Shown: positions 46,075-54,992 of the stretch, one piece after another | How the letters are laid out: every line of letters starts with the position of its first letter | Numbering within the stretch: the first letter of the stretch is position 1 | Assembly: GCA_007376385.1 (NCBI GenBank) | Contig: VMGC01000002.1 | Span: 32,001-96,000 of the forward strand | Reading direction: 5' to 3' | Length of the DNA stretch: 64,000 nucleotides | Source: Parcubacteria group bacterium Gr01-1014_8 | GTDB taxonomy: Bacteria > Patescibacteriota > Minisyncoccia > Phycocordibacterales > UBA2100 | Made by a program: the position numbers and the translations under genes | The notes under the pieces: generated by a model | What the model saw: the letters and a program-made list of their open reading frames with translations, nothing else | Told to the model about the DNA's origin: nothing | Database searches by the model: none

Positions 46075-46377
46075 ATGGAAGCTGGAATGATGGTGCTGCA
46101 GAGGTTCAAGGAATATATCCTTGACCCGACTATTTATCTTATCCTGACAGCAGGACTCCTTTTGTTTATTTACGGTCTTGTGCTCTTTATCTACAAGATG
46201 CGAGAGGGCAGCGACTATAAGGAGGGCCTGTCGCACATGCTCTGGGGCATAATCGGCATGTTTATTATGGTATCCGTGTACGGCATTATCGCGCTCATCA
46301 TAAACACGATCGGCGCTGACCCGACTCAACCTGATCTAAGCAGGATACCTGAAGCAAATCCCGGATTCTTTAAGTAA
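46075..46377 (+). CDS. Pilin-like paralog 5 (no cleavable signal; two TM helices)
   Basis: LFIYGLVLFIYKMREG...MLWGIIGMFIMVSVYGII, related to paralogs 2 and 4. Confidence 0.5.
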   Translation: MEAGMMVLQRFKEYILDPTIYLILTAGLLLFIYGLVLFIYKMREGSDYKEGLSHMLWGIIGMFIMVSVYGIIALIINTIGADPTQPDLSRIPEANPGFFK

Positions 46378-46852
46378 TTGTCGAAATGACAGTCGGCCAT
46401 CGCCGCCTGTACTCCAGATAAACGAGTACTATTATCGCGCAGTCATATGCGGAAAGTGCGATAAGCCATAGTGAATGCGTCTGTGTGTACAGATACAGCT
46501 GAAATAGTGCAAAAAGAGCGAGGAGTACTGACGCGATGGGGAACATTATTTTTTTGTGCATTAAGAGCCCCGATGCGAGAATCAGATTTATCAGTGCACT
46601 AATGAATAAATACAGAGCGGCAAATTCTTTTCCCGCTTGCGTGACATGCGACACGTTTGAAAGCAGCACGTTGGCTAATACATCATTCGGGTCCTCTACT
46701 AACTCCTTTGAGACGACGCTTATTGCGAGGGCAGAAAGGGTTGCGCCGCTTGTGAAAAAGATGATTACCGCGCCGATCAATTCGGCAATTGCGTGAAGTC
46801 CTTTGAGGATGACAGCAACCTCGAAGAAGCGATGCAGAAATGACCGTTGCAT
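46370..46852 (-). CDS. Hypothetical four-TM membrane protein
   Basis: Start at the internal MQRSFLH; the upstream ORF extension would overlap tRNA-Leu. Confidence 0.45.
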   Translation of the reverse strand: MQRSFLHRFFEVAVILKGLHAIAELIGAVIIFFTSGATLSALAISVVSKELVEDPNDVLANVLLSNVSHVTQAGKEFAALYLFISALINLILASGLLMHKKIMFPIASVLLALFALFQLYLYTQTHSLWLIALSAYDCAIIVLVYLEYRRRWPTVISTIT

Positions 46853-46854
46853 AG

Positions 46855-46936
46855 TGGGCAGGGGGAGATTCGAACTCCCATGCCTTGCGGCGCCGCGTCC
46901 TAAGCGCGGTACGTCTACCAGTTTCGCCACCTGCCC
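46855..46936 (-). tRNA. tRNA-Leu (anticodon TAG), type II
   Basis: GGGCAGG...anticodon loop CTTAGGA, long variable arm, T-loop TTCGAAT, CCTGCCCA. Confidence 0.85.
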
Positions 46937-47062
46937 GACAGGACGAATATACCATGACAAGGTACTATTTCGTGCTATATTTTTCGAACCGCCCACTCAC
47001 GAAATTCGTGTGGACGGGCAAACGGAGGCTAAGCAAATGAAAATGCCTTTCGCTCCGCATCA

Positions 47063-47135
47063 CCGCCCGTAGCTCAGTTGGTAGAGCAGCTCGCTCTTAA
47101 CGAGACGGTCGTAGGTTCGATTCCTACCGGGCGGA
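47063..47135 (+). tRNA. tRNA-Lys (anticodon CTT)
   Basis: C1:G72 acceptor CCGCCCG/CGGGCGG, D-arm GCTCAGTTGGTAGAGC, anticodon loop CTCTTAA, T-loop TTCGATT. Confidence 0.75.
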
Positions 47136-47825
47136 CTGGATCGTGTCCTCTGCAACATCGTGTTTCTTTTTGCGCACAAGAATGAGTAGAACCCAAACGG
47201 CAATGAACGCCAGTACGAATTTCGGACCTATCGCCGCTATCGCTTTATCACCAAGAAAATATGCGAGCGTGGTCCACATCGTATTCCAAAGCAAGGTGGC
47301 AGCGATCGAATAGAGTGCGACCGTGCGAAATGGCATTGAAAGAATTCCTGCTGCGGTGGATGTGAGTGCGCCGAGGTTCGGGTGCCAATAGGTGAGGAAG
47401 ATGGCACGCGGACCGTATCGTATTAGTTGTGACTTTGCTTTTTCGAGGGCTTCTCGAAATCCCAGTGCAACAAGGAGCCGATACCAACCGTATTTGCCGA
47501 TGTAAAAATTAAACGTGTGAGCGACCAAAAAACCGAGAGATGTGATAAATAAGACCTCACCCAATTGTACGAGGTCGGAGCCCGCGAATATTGCACCGAG
47601 TACGATCACAAGACTGCCCGGATAATACCAGCCAACCATCAGCGCGGCTTCTAAAATTGCGCTCACAAATACCGTAAGCAGTCCGTAGTTGTCAAAATAC
47701 TCTCGTGCGAGCGAAATGATTTCCTCTTGCGGTGGCAGGTCGAGCAAAGTCCATACAAGATAGAACGAGACGAACGCCGCGAGCGAAAACAAAGGCAACC
47801 AAATGGCAGCTAAAATATCCTTCAT
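47124..47825 (-). CDS. DedA/VTT-domain family membrane protein
   Basis: Characteristic DedA core (GWYYPGSLVIVLGAIFAG...FREALEKAKSQLIRYGPRAIFLTYWHPNL). Confidence 0.75.
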   Translation of the reverse strand: MKDILAAIWLPLFSLAAFVSFYLVWTLLDLPPQEEIISLAREYFDNYGLLTVFVSAILEAALMVGWYYPGSLVIVLGAIFAGSDLVQLGEVLFITSLGFLVAHTFNFYIGKYGWYRLLVALGFREALEKAKSQLIRYGPRAIFLTYWHPNLGALTSTAAGILSMPFRTVALYSIAATLLWNTMWTTLAYFLGDKAIAAIGPKFVLAFIAVWVLLILVRKKKHDVAEDTIQSAR

Positions 47826-47830
47826 AAGGC

Positions 47831-48934
47831 TTACGTCGTATCAATTATTCGCGGAAGTTGTTCAGGAATATGCGCCAGAACTTCATAGGGAATAGTACCT
47901 ATCATTTTCGCTATGGATTCGACTGAGTTCTTATCATCGGGGTTGCGGCTCATAAGGATCACGTCGTCGCCGATCGCTGTCTCGGGAGCATCTGTTATAT
48001 CAACGCCGATCATATTCATGCTTACTCGCCCGACAATGGGGCAGGTCTTATCTTTGGTAGTTACGAATCCTGTATTCGAAAGCCTGCGGTCGATCCCTTC
48101 GAAATATCCGCCGGGGATGGTGGCGATGACCATAGGGTGTTCTGCTGTAAAGGTAGCGTTGTAGCCGACTGATTCGCCCGCGTTAATTCGCCGAATTGAA
48201 GCCACGACCGAGCGCATCTCAAGAACTGGTTTCAGATCCATCCTTTTATTATTTGACACATCGAATCCATACAGACCGATTCCGAGCCGAGCCATATTTG
48301 TGTTTGCTGCTGTTATAGATGCAAAGCCAGTCGTAGCGGCTACATGGCGGTATCGAATGCTTGAGAACGCGCGGTCAAAGAAATCCGATGCATCACTCCA
48401 ATTTTTCAATTGTGTATTGGTAAACGAAGGGTTTTCGCCGTCTGCATCGGCAATGTGCGTGCAGATACCTTCAACTGTAAGAAGCGGCTGAATTTTTATG
48501 AGCGCGATCGCTTCATTAAAATCGCTCTCGGCGATTCCTTGCCGATGCATGCCTGTATCGATCTTTATATGAACTCTGAGCGGAGTTTTGATGATTTTGG
48601 AGAGCTGTCTCAGCTCCTCAATGTCTGTTATAGCGAGCGTAGTATCAGAAGGGATACTGGATACGACGTCCGATGGCCTCACATACCCTACTATCAATAT
48701 ATTTTTCTTGCTGCGTGCTTTTCGCAATGCGACAGCCTCCGAAAGGGAATTTACGACCAGAAAAGGAATTGTTTCTGATTCTAAAATGTTCGAGACTTCG
48801 GGAAGTCCGTGTCCGTAGGCATTGCTTTTGACAACAGGAGCGATGTCGATGTTCGGATATACACGCTGGTATTCTTGCAGATTGTGCAGAAGATTCTCCT
48901 TTGAAATGCCGATTTGTATTAAGGAAGTATCCAT
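47831..48934 (-). CDS. alr: Alanine racemase
   Basis: PVVKSNAYGHG PLP-lysine motif; start at the internal MDTSLIQ. Confidence 0.8.
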   Translation of the reverse strand: MDTSLIQIGISKENLLHNLQEYQRVYPNIDIAPVVKSNAYGHGLPEVSNILESETIPFLVVNSLSEAVALRKARSKKNILIVGYVRPSDVVSSIPSDTTLAITDIEELRQLSKIIKTPLRVHIKIDTGMHRQGIAESDFNEAIALIKIQPLLTVEGICTHIADADGENPSFTNTQLKNWSDASDFFDRAFSSIRYRHVAATTGFASITAANTNMARLGIGLYGFDVSNNKRMDLKPVLEMRSVVASIRRINAGESVGYNATFTAEHPMVIATIPGGYFEGIDRRLSNTGFVTTKDKTCPIVGRVSMNMIGVDITDAPETAIGDDVILMSRNPDDKNSVESIAKMIGTIPYEVLAHIPEQLPRIIDTT

Positions 48935-48936
48935 TG

Positions 48937-49019
48937 TGCCGGGAGTGGGACTCGAACCCACACGCCCTTGCGGGCATTCGATCTTAAGTCGAACGCGTAA
49001 ACCATTCCGCCATCCCGGC
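48937..49019 (-). tRNA. tRNA-Leu (anticodon TAA), type II
   Basis: GCCGGGA...anticodon loop CTTAAGA, long variable arm, T-loop TTCGAGT. Confidence 0.85.
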
Positions 49020-49074
49020 ATTGTCTCGCCTTAGCTTTAGCGTCGGCGGACGTACTATTTCTACCACGCCGCTG

Positions 49075-49503
49075 CTATTTTTGCCCTTCGCGTTTTGCTT
49101 TTTCTTGCTCGTATACGCGCCTGCGTAATTCGCTTGTGGAAAAGCCGTGGTCTCGGGTGTTGAAATGCACGGGGATAGGGAGGTCGTGTCCGGTAAATTC
49201 CTTTCCCTTCCAGTCTGCGCCGACTATTCGGATATCAATACCGAGTTTGTTTTCTTTCAGCAAATTGTATAAATCTGCCTCTCTATCATATACGACGACC
49301 TCGTCCACGTATTTGACGCTTTCAAGGATTATTTTTCGCTCTTCAAGCGACATGACCGGCTTATTTTTTTCCGGCCGGTCGAGTGAAGGGTCGCTCTGGA
49401 GCCCAACGATGAGGTAGTCGCACACTTTTTTGCACTCCTGGAATACGAGCATGTGCCCGGCGTGACAGAGGTCGAATGCTCCAGCGGTGAATCCTTTCTT
49501 CAT
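49075..49503 (-). CDS. Cytidylyltransferase-like nucleotidyltransferase (HxGH family)
   Basis: GAFDLCHAGH motif near the N-terminus. Confidence 0.7.
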   Translation of the reverse strand: MKKGFTAGAFDLCHAGHMLVFQECKKVCDYLIVGLQSDPSLDRPEKNKPVMSLEERKIILESVKYVDEVVVYDREADLYNLLKENKLGIDIRIVGADWKGKEFTGHDLPIPVHFNTRDHGFSTSELRRRVYEQEKAKREGQK

Positions 49504-49602
49504 ACGTGCATCCTGCAACAATGGGATGGCGCAGTCAATTTCAACGTGTGGGCAGGCAGCCGTCTGGATAATTTCTTAAAACGGCGTTACCATCCGCGGA
49601 TG

Positions 49603-50142
49603 CACATAACATTCATCCAGACAGGGGGAACCATTGATAAAGATTATCCGCGTGGAGAAACGAATCATGGATACGAGTTTGCCATTACGGATGCTGCGGT
49701 AAAGTCTATACTGCCGTTTAGCCACGCGATGTTTACCTACGATATTGTTGAAGTCGCGAAGAAAGACAGTCTCGATCTCACCGATAGCGATAGGCAAAAT
49801 ATTTTGGAAGCAGTTCAAAAGGCTGGATCTAATCACGTTGTCATTACTCATGGCACAGATACCATGGTAAATACAGCAGAGGTACTGTCAGGAAACGTTG
49901 AAGGGAAAACAGTAGTCATGACTGGGGCCATGCTGCCAGAGAAATTTATTAATTCAGATGCACGGTTCAATGTAGGTATGGCCGTCGCGGCCGTGCAAAG
50001 CTTAGGCTCCGGTGTTTATATTGCACTTTATGGATGCGTCGTTCCCTGGAAGGAGTTCAAAGCGTTGAACAACGAATACGAATTGCGCTCGAGATCTGTT
50101 CTGACGCACGGCAAGGACTTCGATGATCCCGTTCGTTTTTGA
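49603..50142 (+). CDS. Short L-asparaginase/glutaminase-like protein (N-terminal domain only)
   Basis: FIQTGGTID and ITHGTDTM motifs; start at the internal MHITF. Confidence 0.65.
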   Translation, partial: HITFIQTGGTIDKDYPRGETNHGYEFAITDAAVKSILPFSHAMFTYDIVEVAKKDSLDLTDSDRQNILEAVQKAGSNHVVITHGTDTMVNTAEVLSGNVEGKTVVMTGAMLPEKFINSDARFNVGMAVAAVQSLGSGVYIALYGCVVPWKEFKALNNEYELRSRSVLTHGKDFDDPVRF

Positions 50143-50145
50143 GTG

Positions 50146-50218
50146 AGGCCTGGGCGGGAATTGAACCCGCGAATAGCGGTTTTGCAGACCGCCGTGTTAG
50201 CCACTTCACCACCAGGCC
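50146..50218 (-). tRNA. tRNA-Cys (anticodon GCA)
   Basis: GGCCTGG...anticodon loop CTGCAAA, T-loop TTCAATT, discriminator U. Confidence 0.85.
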
Positions 50219-50380
50219 GATGTGGGCAAATATAGCAGAGATTATTTGTTTTTGCGCGTCTGCCCGGTGAGTGAATTTCGGCTTGCGCGAAGCGCGTCGC
50301 GGTCGGCAGAACTGAATATTTACCTCGTTGAGGGGACAGGTTAATTATGTTGTGCAGTCTGAACAAGACAAGTCGAAATT

Positions 50381-50710
50381 CTACTTCCGGGTCAGTTCAT
50401 CTATTCGCTGTCGATTTTCTTCCCCAATATCAAGCACAAAATCGACGGTGGGAACGTTCATTAAAACCGTCTTTGCTTTCAAAAAATCGTGAAAGTCGGT
50501 TCGCACGCGCTTAAGGAACGCGATGGCATCTCCTTGCTGCTCCTTCGGAAGCACCGAAACGAATATCGACACATTTTTTAGGTTGGGGGAAATGTCTGCA
50601 CGGGTCACAGTGATGAGAGATTTGCGGTTTGATTCTCGAGCGATGAAGTCAGCTGCGTGGTGCGCCATCGCTTCGGCAACTTTAATTTGTCGGCGGGACG
50701 GAGCGTTCAT
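50381..50710 (-). CDS. rbfA: Ribosome-binding factor A
   Basis: N-terminal SRRQIKVAEAM aligns to the RbfA consensus (RxxRVAxxM); lies downstream of infB. Confidence 0.8.
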   Translation of the reverse strand: MNAPSRRQIKVAEAMAHHAADFIARESNRKSLITVTRADISPNLKNVSIFVSVLPKEQQGDAIAFLKRVRTDFHDFLKAKTVLMNVPTVDFVLDIGEENRQRIDELTRK

Positions 50711-50814
50711 ACCCCGTGAGAGAAACTATCTAAAGCTACTAAGCTTGGTCGCATGCTGTTGGAAAGGATTGATTTCATATATATTTTAAAGAATATTCTC
50801 TCATGGGGTCATAC
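50709..50814 (-). promoter_or_regulatory. Variant box pair bridging the infB stop and the rbfA start (on the minus strand: TGACCCCATGAGAGAATAT ... TTTCTCTCACGGGGT-ATG)
   Basis: One arm overlaps the infB TGA, the other abuts the rbfA ATG; 14-bp potential RNA stem. Confidence 0.55.
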
Positions 50815-52317
50815 TGTTTTTGTTACGAAACATTCAAGCATGTCGCCCTGTGCGACCTCAAATTGCGAAGTTATCTCTGCGCCGAATTCGCCGCCTGTTT
50901 CGACTCTATCCACATTTTGCTTATGCGATTGCAAGTTTGTTATTTTTCCCAAGCCTACTTCTACTTTCCGCCTCGTTACTCGAACGGAGCACCCGCGCTC
51001 GATCTTCCCTTCGCTTACGGAGCCGCCAATGACGTGGATATTTTTTCGTGAGCCAAATTGTTTCAACACTTTTGCTCGGCCTAGCTGCTCTTCGATGTGC
51101 CTCTTAGGTGCTGCTTCCTTCAATAATTCCTCAAGTCGCTCCGTCAACTTATAGATGATGTCGAACGTCTCGATGTGAATACCGTGCTGTCTCGCTCGCT
51201 CGCGGGCCGTTGCGTCTACGGTTACGTTGAATCCGACAACGGTTGCGGGAGTTGCCGAAGACGCGATAGCCGATTTCACATCGTTCTCGGAAATGTTGCC
51301 GATTTCCGACTGCACGATGCGCACCGCCGCGTGCTCGTCTTTGATGCGCGATACTTCGTGAACAATGGCTTCAAGCGAACCCGATGCGTCCGCCCGAACG
51401 ATAATGGGCAAGATAAATTGTCCCTCTGGCGTTTCTCCTGAAAGGGAATCACTCTCGCGTTTTTGATGCGAGAACTCTTTTGACCGTGCTTCTTCCGCGT
51501 CGCGCTTGTTCTTAAATGTCTGAAATCCGATCCCGACAGTAGGCAATTCGTCGAAACCAACGAGAAGAACAGGGGTTGAGAAGCTGGCCTCTCGGATGCT
51601 TTTTCCCTTATGGTCTTCCATAATTCGTACCGGCGCGATTGCCCGCCCTGCTTGAATTGCCATGCCGCTTTTTAACGTTCCATCCGTTATCACCAGCGTT
51701 GCTGCAATGCCGCGTTTTTGGTCTCGGTGCGCTTCTATCACATATCCCGTCGCGGGTTTCGAGGCGTCTCCCTTATATTCCTGCAATTCAGCAACAAGGA
51801 GGACGAGGTCTAGAAGTTCTGTTACGCCGGTGCCTGTCTTTGCGGAGATAGCCGTCCACGGCACATCGCCGCCGAGCTTTTCAAGGAAGACGCCTCTTTC
51901 GAGCAAACTTCCTTGCGTTCGTGCTATGTCGGCATTCGGCTTGTCTATTTTATTTATCGCGACAACGAGAGGAATGGCGCTCTCCCGAATACTCGCAAGA
52001 GCTTCGACCGTTTGGGCCTTGACGCCATCATCTGCTGCAACTACAAGGATCGCGATATCAGCTATGTTCGCACCGCGTGAACGTATCGCTTGAAATGCAG
52101 CGTGTCCTGGTGTGTCGATGAACGTGATGCGCTTTTTAACGCCGTCTTTTTCGTGCTCGACTTCGTATGCCGCGACGTGCTGCGTGATGCCGCCTGCTTC
52201 TCCTGCGACGACGTTGGATTTGCGGATGAAATCTAAGAGCGTCGATTTACCGTGATCGACGTGTCCCATTACAACAACGATAGGGGGCCTCTCCGTGTTG
52301 TTGGTTGTTGGTGTCAT
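50809..52317 (-). CDS. infB: Translation initiation factor IF-2 (compact form, 502 aa)
   Basis: G-domain GHVDHGKSTLLD, DTPGH, NKID; C-terminal beta-barrel domains. Confidence 0.9.
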   Translation of the reverse strand: MTPTTNNTERPPIVVVMGHVDHGKSTLLDFIRKSNVVAGEAGGITQHVAAYEVEHEKDGVKKRITFIDTPGHAAFQAIRSRGANIADIAILVVAADDGVKAQTVEALASIRESAIPLVVAINKIDKPNADIARTQGSLLERGVFLEKLGGDVPWTAISAKTGTGVTELLDLVLLVAELQEYKGDASKPATGYVIEAHRDQKRGIAATLVITDGTLKSGMAIQAGRAIAPVRIMEDHKGKSIREASFSTPVLLVGFDELPTVGIGFQTFKNKRDAEEARSKEFSHQKRESDSLSGETPEGQFILPIIVRADASGSLEAIVHEVSRIKDEHAAVRIVQSEIGNISENDVKSAIASSATPATVVGFNVTVDATARERARQHGIHIETFDIIYKLTERLEELLKEAAPKRHIEEQLGRAKVLKQFGSRKNIHVIGGSVSEGKIERGCSVRVTRRKVEVGLGKITNLQSHKQNVDRVETGGEFGAEITSQFEVAQGDMLECFVTKTV

Positions 52318-52351
52318 AGGGAGTTCGTGATGCCATACGAATTGGGCGAGT

Positions 52352-52455
52352 ATACCCCATGAGATAAAAAACTCATAGCCCAGTGATATAGGGTATTTGT
52401 CAAATCAAAATTCGTCGCGCAAAAAGTGTCAAGCGATCTATCTCACGGGGTATAC
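52352..52455 (+). promoter_or_regulatory. Inverted box pair ATACCCCATGAGATA ... TATCTCACGGGGTATAC (72-nt spacer) between divergent infB and the cysteine desulfurase gene
   Basis: Family member. Confidence 0.55.
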
Positions 52456-52533
52456 GCCCAAAAGTCAAAATTTGAAAGTCAGCGGCGCGTGCAGTCACTT
52501 CCGAAATTAAGTATTTAAGCCTAGAATCACGGC

Positions 52534-53715
52534 ATGCTTGGTTTTTTTAAAAAGAAGCGGATTTACTTTGACTACGCAAGCGCGACTCCGGAGAGAGGGG
52601 AATCAGCGCGAGCAGTCGAAAAGGCACGTGCAACTTTTGGGAATCCCGGGGCAATACATGCTGAAGGGGTAGAAGCTAAGGCAGTCTTGGAGAATGCGAG
52701 AGAGCGTATCGCGCTCCAACTTGCATGCAAGGCGCGGGAGATCATTTTTGTCTCCGGCGGTACGGAAGCGAACAACCTCGCTATCCTGGGTTTTGCCCGC
52801 AAAATCGAAATGAAAGGCGATGAACTGATGCGTACACACTGGGTAACAAGTTCTATTGAACATCCGTCGGTTTTGGAATGTTTTGCAGATATAGAACGCA
52901 GGGGCGCTGTTGTGACTCATGTCGAACCGGACAGCCGGGGAATCATCCGACCCGAAGCCCTGAAGCATGCGCTTCGGCCAGAGACTGTTTTCGTTTCTAT
53001 CCAAAGCGCGAATCATGAGATAGGAACTATCCAGCCGATCCGCGACATCAGTGCTGTATTGAAAAAACACGAAGAAAAGTTCAAGGGCATTGTCATCTTC
53101 CACTCTGACATGGGGCAGACGCCTCTGTATCGCTCGCCGCGGGTGCATGGTTTCGGCGTCGACATCGCCTCCTTTGATTCGGGAAAATTGTACGGACCGC
53201 GAGGCGTAGGGTGCGTGTATTTGAATAATCGAACAGAACTCGCGCAAGTAATATTGGGCGGTGGACAAGAACGAGGACTCCGCGCAGGCACGGAAAATGT
53301 TGCGCTCGCGGCAGGTTTTGCGGAAGCCCTCGAGTGCATCTCGCGAGAAAGAGAGTCTGAATCAGCGCGAATTCATATTCTCCGCGATACACTTTGGTCG
53401 CACATAGAAAAAGGTATCGAGGGAGTCGAGTTGAACGGAAGCCTGAAGCACTCGCTGCCGCATATACTGAATATTTCTGTGCCGAATATTTCAAGCGAAT
53501 ACGTCACGCTCGTTTTGGATAATGCCGGCATCGCAATTTCCACAAAAAGCGCGTGCAAAGAAGGCGAAGAACGCCGTTCGCATGTCGTTGAAGCTCTCGG
53601 GGGAGAAAAGTGGAGAGCGGCGAACACACTGCGTTTCTCTTTGGGGCTCGCGACGACGGAAAAAGATGTCGCAGCCGCCGCGCGTGAACTTACCGCAGCC
53701 GTTGCCCGCCACTGA
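52534..53715 (+). CDS. Cysteine desulfurase (class V aminotransferase, NifS/IscS/SufS-like)
   Basis: FDYASATP, SGGTEANN, SANHEIGTIQPIRDIS, HSDMGQTP. Confidence 0.8.
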   Translation: MLGFFKKKRIYFDYASATPERGESARAVEKARATFGNPGAIHAEGVEAKAVLENARERIALQLACKAREIIFVSGGTEANNLAILGFARKIEMKGDELMRTHWVTSSIEHPSVLECFADIERRGAVVTHVEPDSRGIIRPEALKHALRPETVFVSIQSANHEIGTIQPIRDISAVLKKHEEKFKGIVIFHSDMGQTPLYRSPRVHGFGVDIASFDSGKLYGPRGVGCVYLNNRTELAQVILGGGQERGLRAGTENVALAAGFAEALECISRERESESARIHILRDTLWSHIEKGIEGVELNGSLKHSLPHILNISVPNISSEYVTLVLDNAGIAISTKSACKEGEERRSHVVEALGGEKWRAANTLRFSLGLATTEKDVAAAARELTAAVARH

Positions 53716-53860
53716 ACTTGTGTCTGGTTTCGCGGGAGCAATTTTAAGTGATGTTTCAGCGTGCGCTTAAAGAGCAATTGATGTATGAATGAAGCACAAA
53801 GGCGAAACGAAAAATGCCAAAGTTAGTGCTCGGACGTTGCAAAATCTCGTCCATGATACT

Positions 53861-54069
53861 CTACCCCGTGAGATAAAGTCATTCGGTGTATGTGGAGGTG
53901 ATGTTGCTTGGTGACTAATATCGAACGCGGCTCATAACTTTTCGCCATATCTCATGGGGTCTACCCCGTGAGATAACTGTTCGTCTTTTGTTTCGAATTG
54001 TAGTTCATGTATCCATAGTACAATGTCGGTAATGAGACATCTATACACCTCCTATCTCATGGGGTATAT
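53861..54069 (+). promoter_or_regulatory. Two tandem inverted box pairs: CTACCCCGTGAGATAA ... ATATCTCATGGGGT|CTACCCCGTGAGATAAC ... TATCTCATGGGGTATAT, ending 13 nt before the 54083 start
   Basis: The central 29-nt near-perfect palindrome is formed by abutting boxes. Confidence 0.55.
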
Positions 54070-54082
54070 ATAGAAGAAAGCT

Positions 54083-54943
54083 ATGGATATAGAAAGACTC
54101 AACAAATCTCAAATAGTTCTCCTGACGCTTTTGGTGAGCTTTGTTACCTCCATCGCAACGGGCATTGTCACCGTTTCCCTGATGGACCAGGCGCCTCCTT
54201 CCATCGCACAGACGGTGAATAGGGTTGTCGAAAGGACAGTCGAAAAAATGGTCCCATCCGGCCAGGCGGCAAGCGCGGCGGTTACTACAGAGAAAACGGT
54301 GGTAGTGAAGGAGTCTGATCTCATCGTAAGGGCGGTTGAATCCATATCACCATCTGTCGTTCGCCTCTATGCGACTGGGTTGGATGCCCCGGGCGACAAT
54401 GATAAAGAGGTCTTTCTGGGGCTTGGCGTCATTATTGCTGAAAGTGGGACCATCGTGACAGACGCTGCAGTGTTGCCCGCAAGCGGCTCTGTGGAGATCG
54501 CGCTCAGCACAGGGACGCGTATCCCAGTCTCCTTCGTATCAAGTGACGCTCTGAGCGGCATCGCGCTTCTTCAAGGTGCGACGTCAACCGCAGAGGGACC
54601 TGTATCCTGGAAGGCGGCTACGCTCTCGGCAGACAAGCCTGCTCTTGGGACGTCTGTTATCGCTATTTCCGGGCGCGGGGCAACGCGAATTGCCGACGGC
54701 ATTATAACGGCTCTTCCTGCCGCCGAGGCCAAAGACGAAGAGGCGATACTCGAAACCAGCATACCGTCCTCATCTATCGCATACGGAAGCCCGCTGGTGA
54801 ATTCGAGCGGAGAGATAGAGGGAATAAGTACGGGAGCGAGCCGCCTTGTGTCTGAGGGTTCGTTTCTGGCATCACTTTCTGTCATAATGTATACTACAAA
54901 AACAAAAGCGGCAGACGAAGACGAGAAAGCCGAACAGCAGTAA
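54083..54943 (+). CDS. Membrane-anchored trypsin-like (S1/HtrA-like) peptidase-domain protein with an atypical Ser motif (AYGSPLVN)
   Basis: N-terminal TM, GLGVIIAESGTIVTDA and C-terminal GSPLVNSSGEIEGI; catalytic His and Asp not confidently placed. Confidence 0.5.
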   Translation: MDIERLNKSQIVLLTLLVSFVTSIATGIVTVSLMDQAPPSIAQTVNRVVERTVEKMVPSGQAASAAVTTEKTVVVKESDLIVRAVESISPSVVRLYATGLDAPGDNDKEVFLGLGVIIAESGTIVTDAAVLPASGSVEIALSTGTRIPVSFVSSDALSGIALLQGATSTAEGPVSWKAATLSADKPALGTSVIAISGRGATRIADGIITALPAAEAKDEEAILETSIPSSSIAYGSPLVNSSGEIEGISTGASRLVSEGSFLASLSVIMYTTKTKAADEDEKAEQQ

Positions 54944-54992
54944 TAAGTTGCCGCACGATCCGTCACTACCAGGCGGTACATAAGAAAAATCT

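Noticed and set aside
52603-53268. 221-aa ORF on the minus strand (and several neighbours)
   Set aside because: Antisense to the cysteine desulfurase gene.
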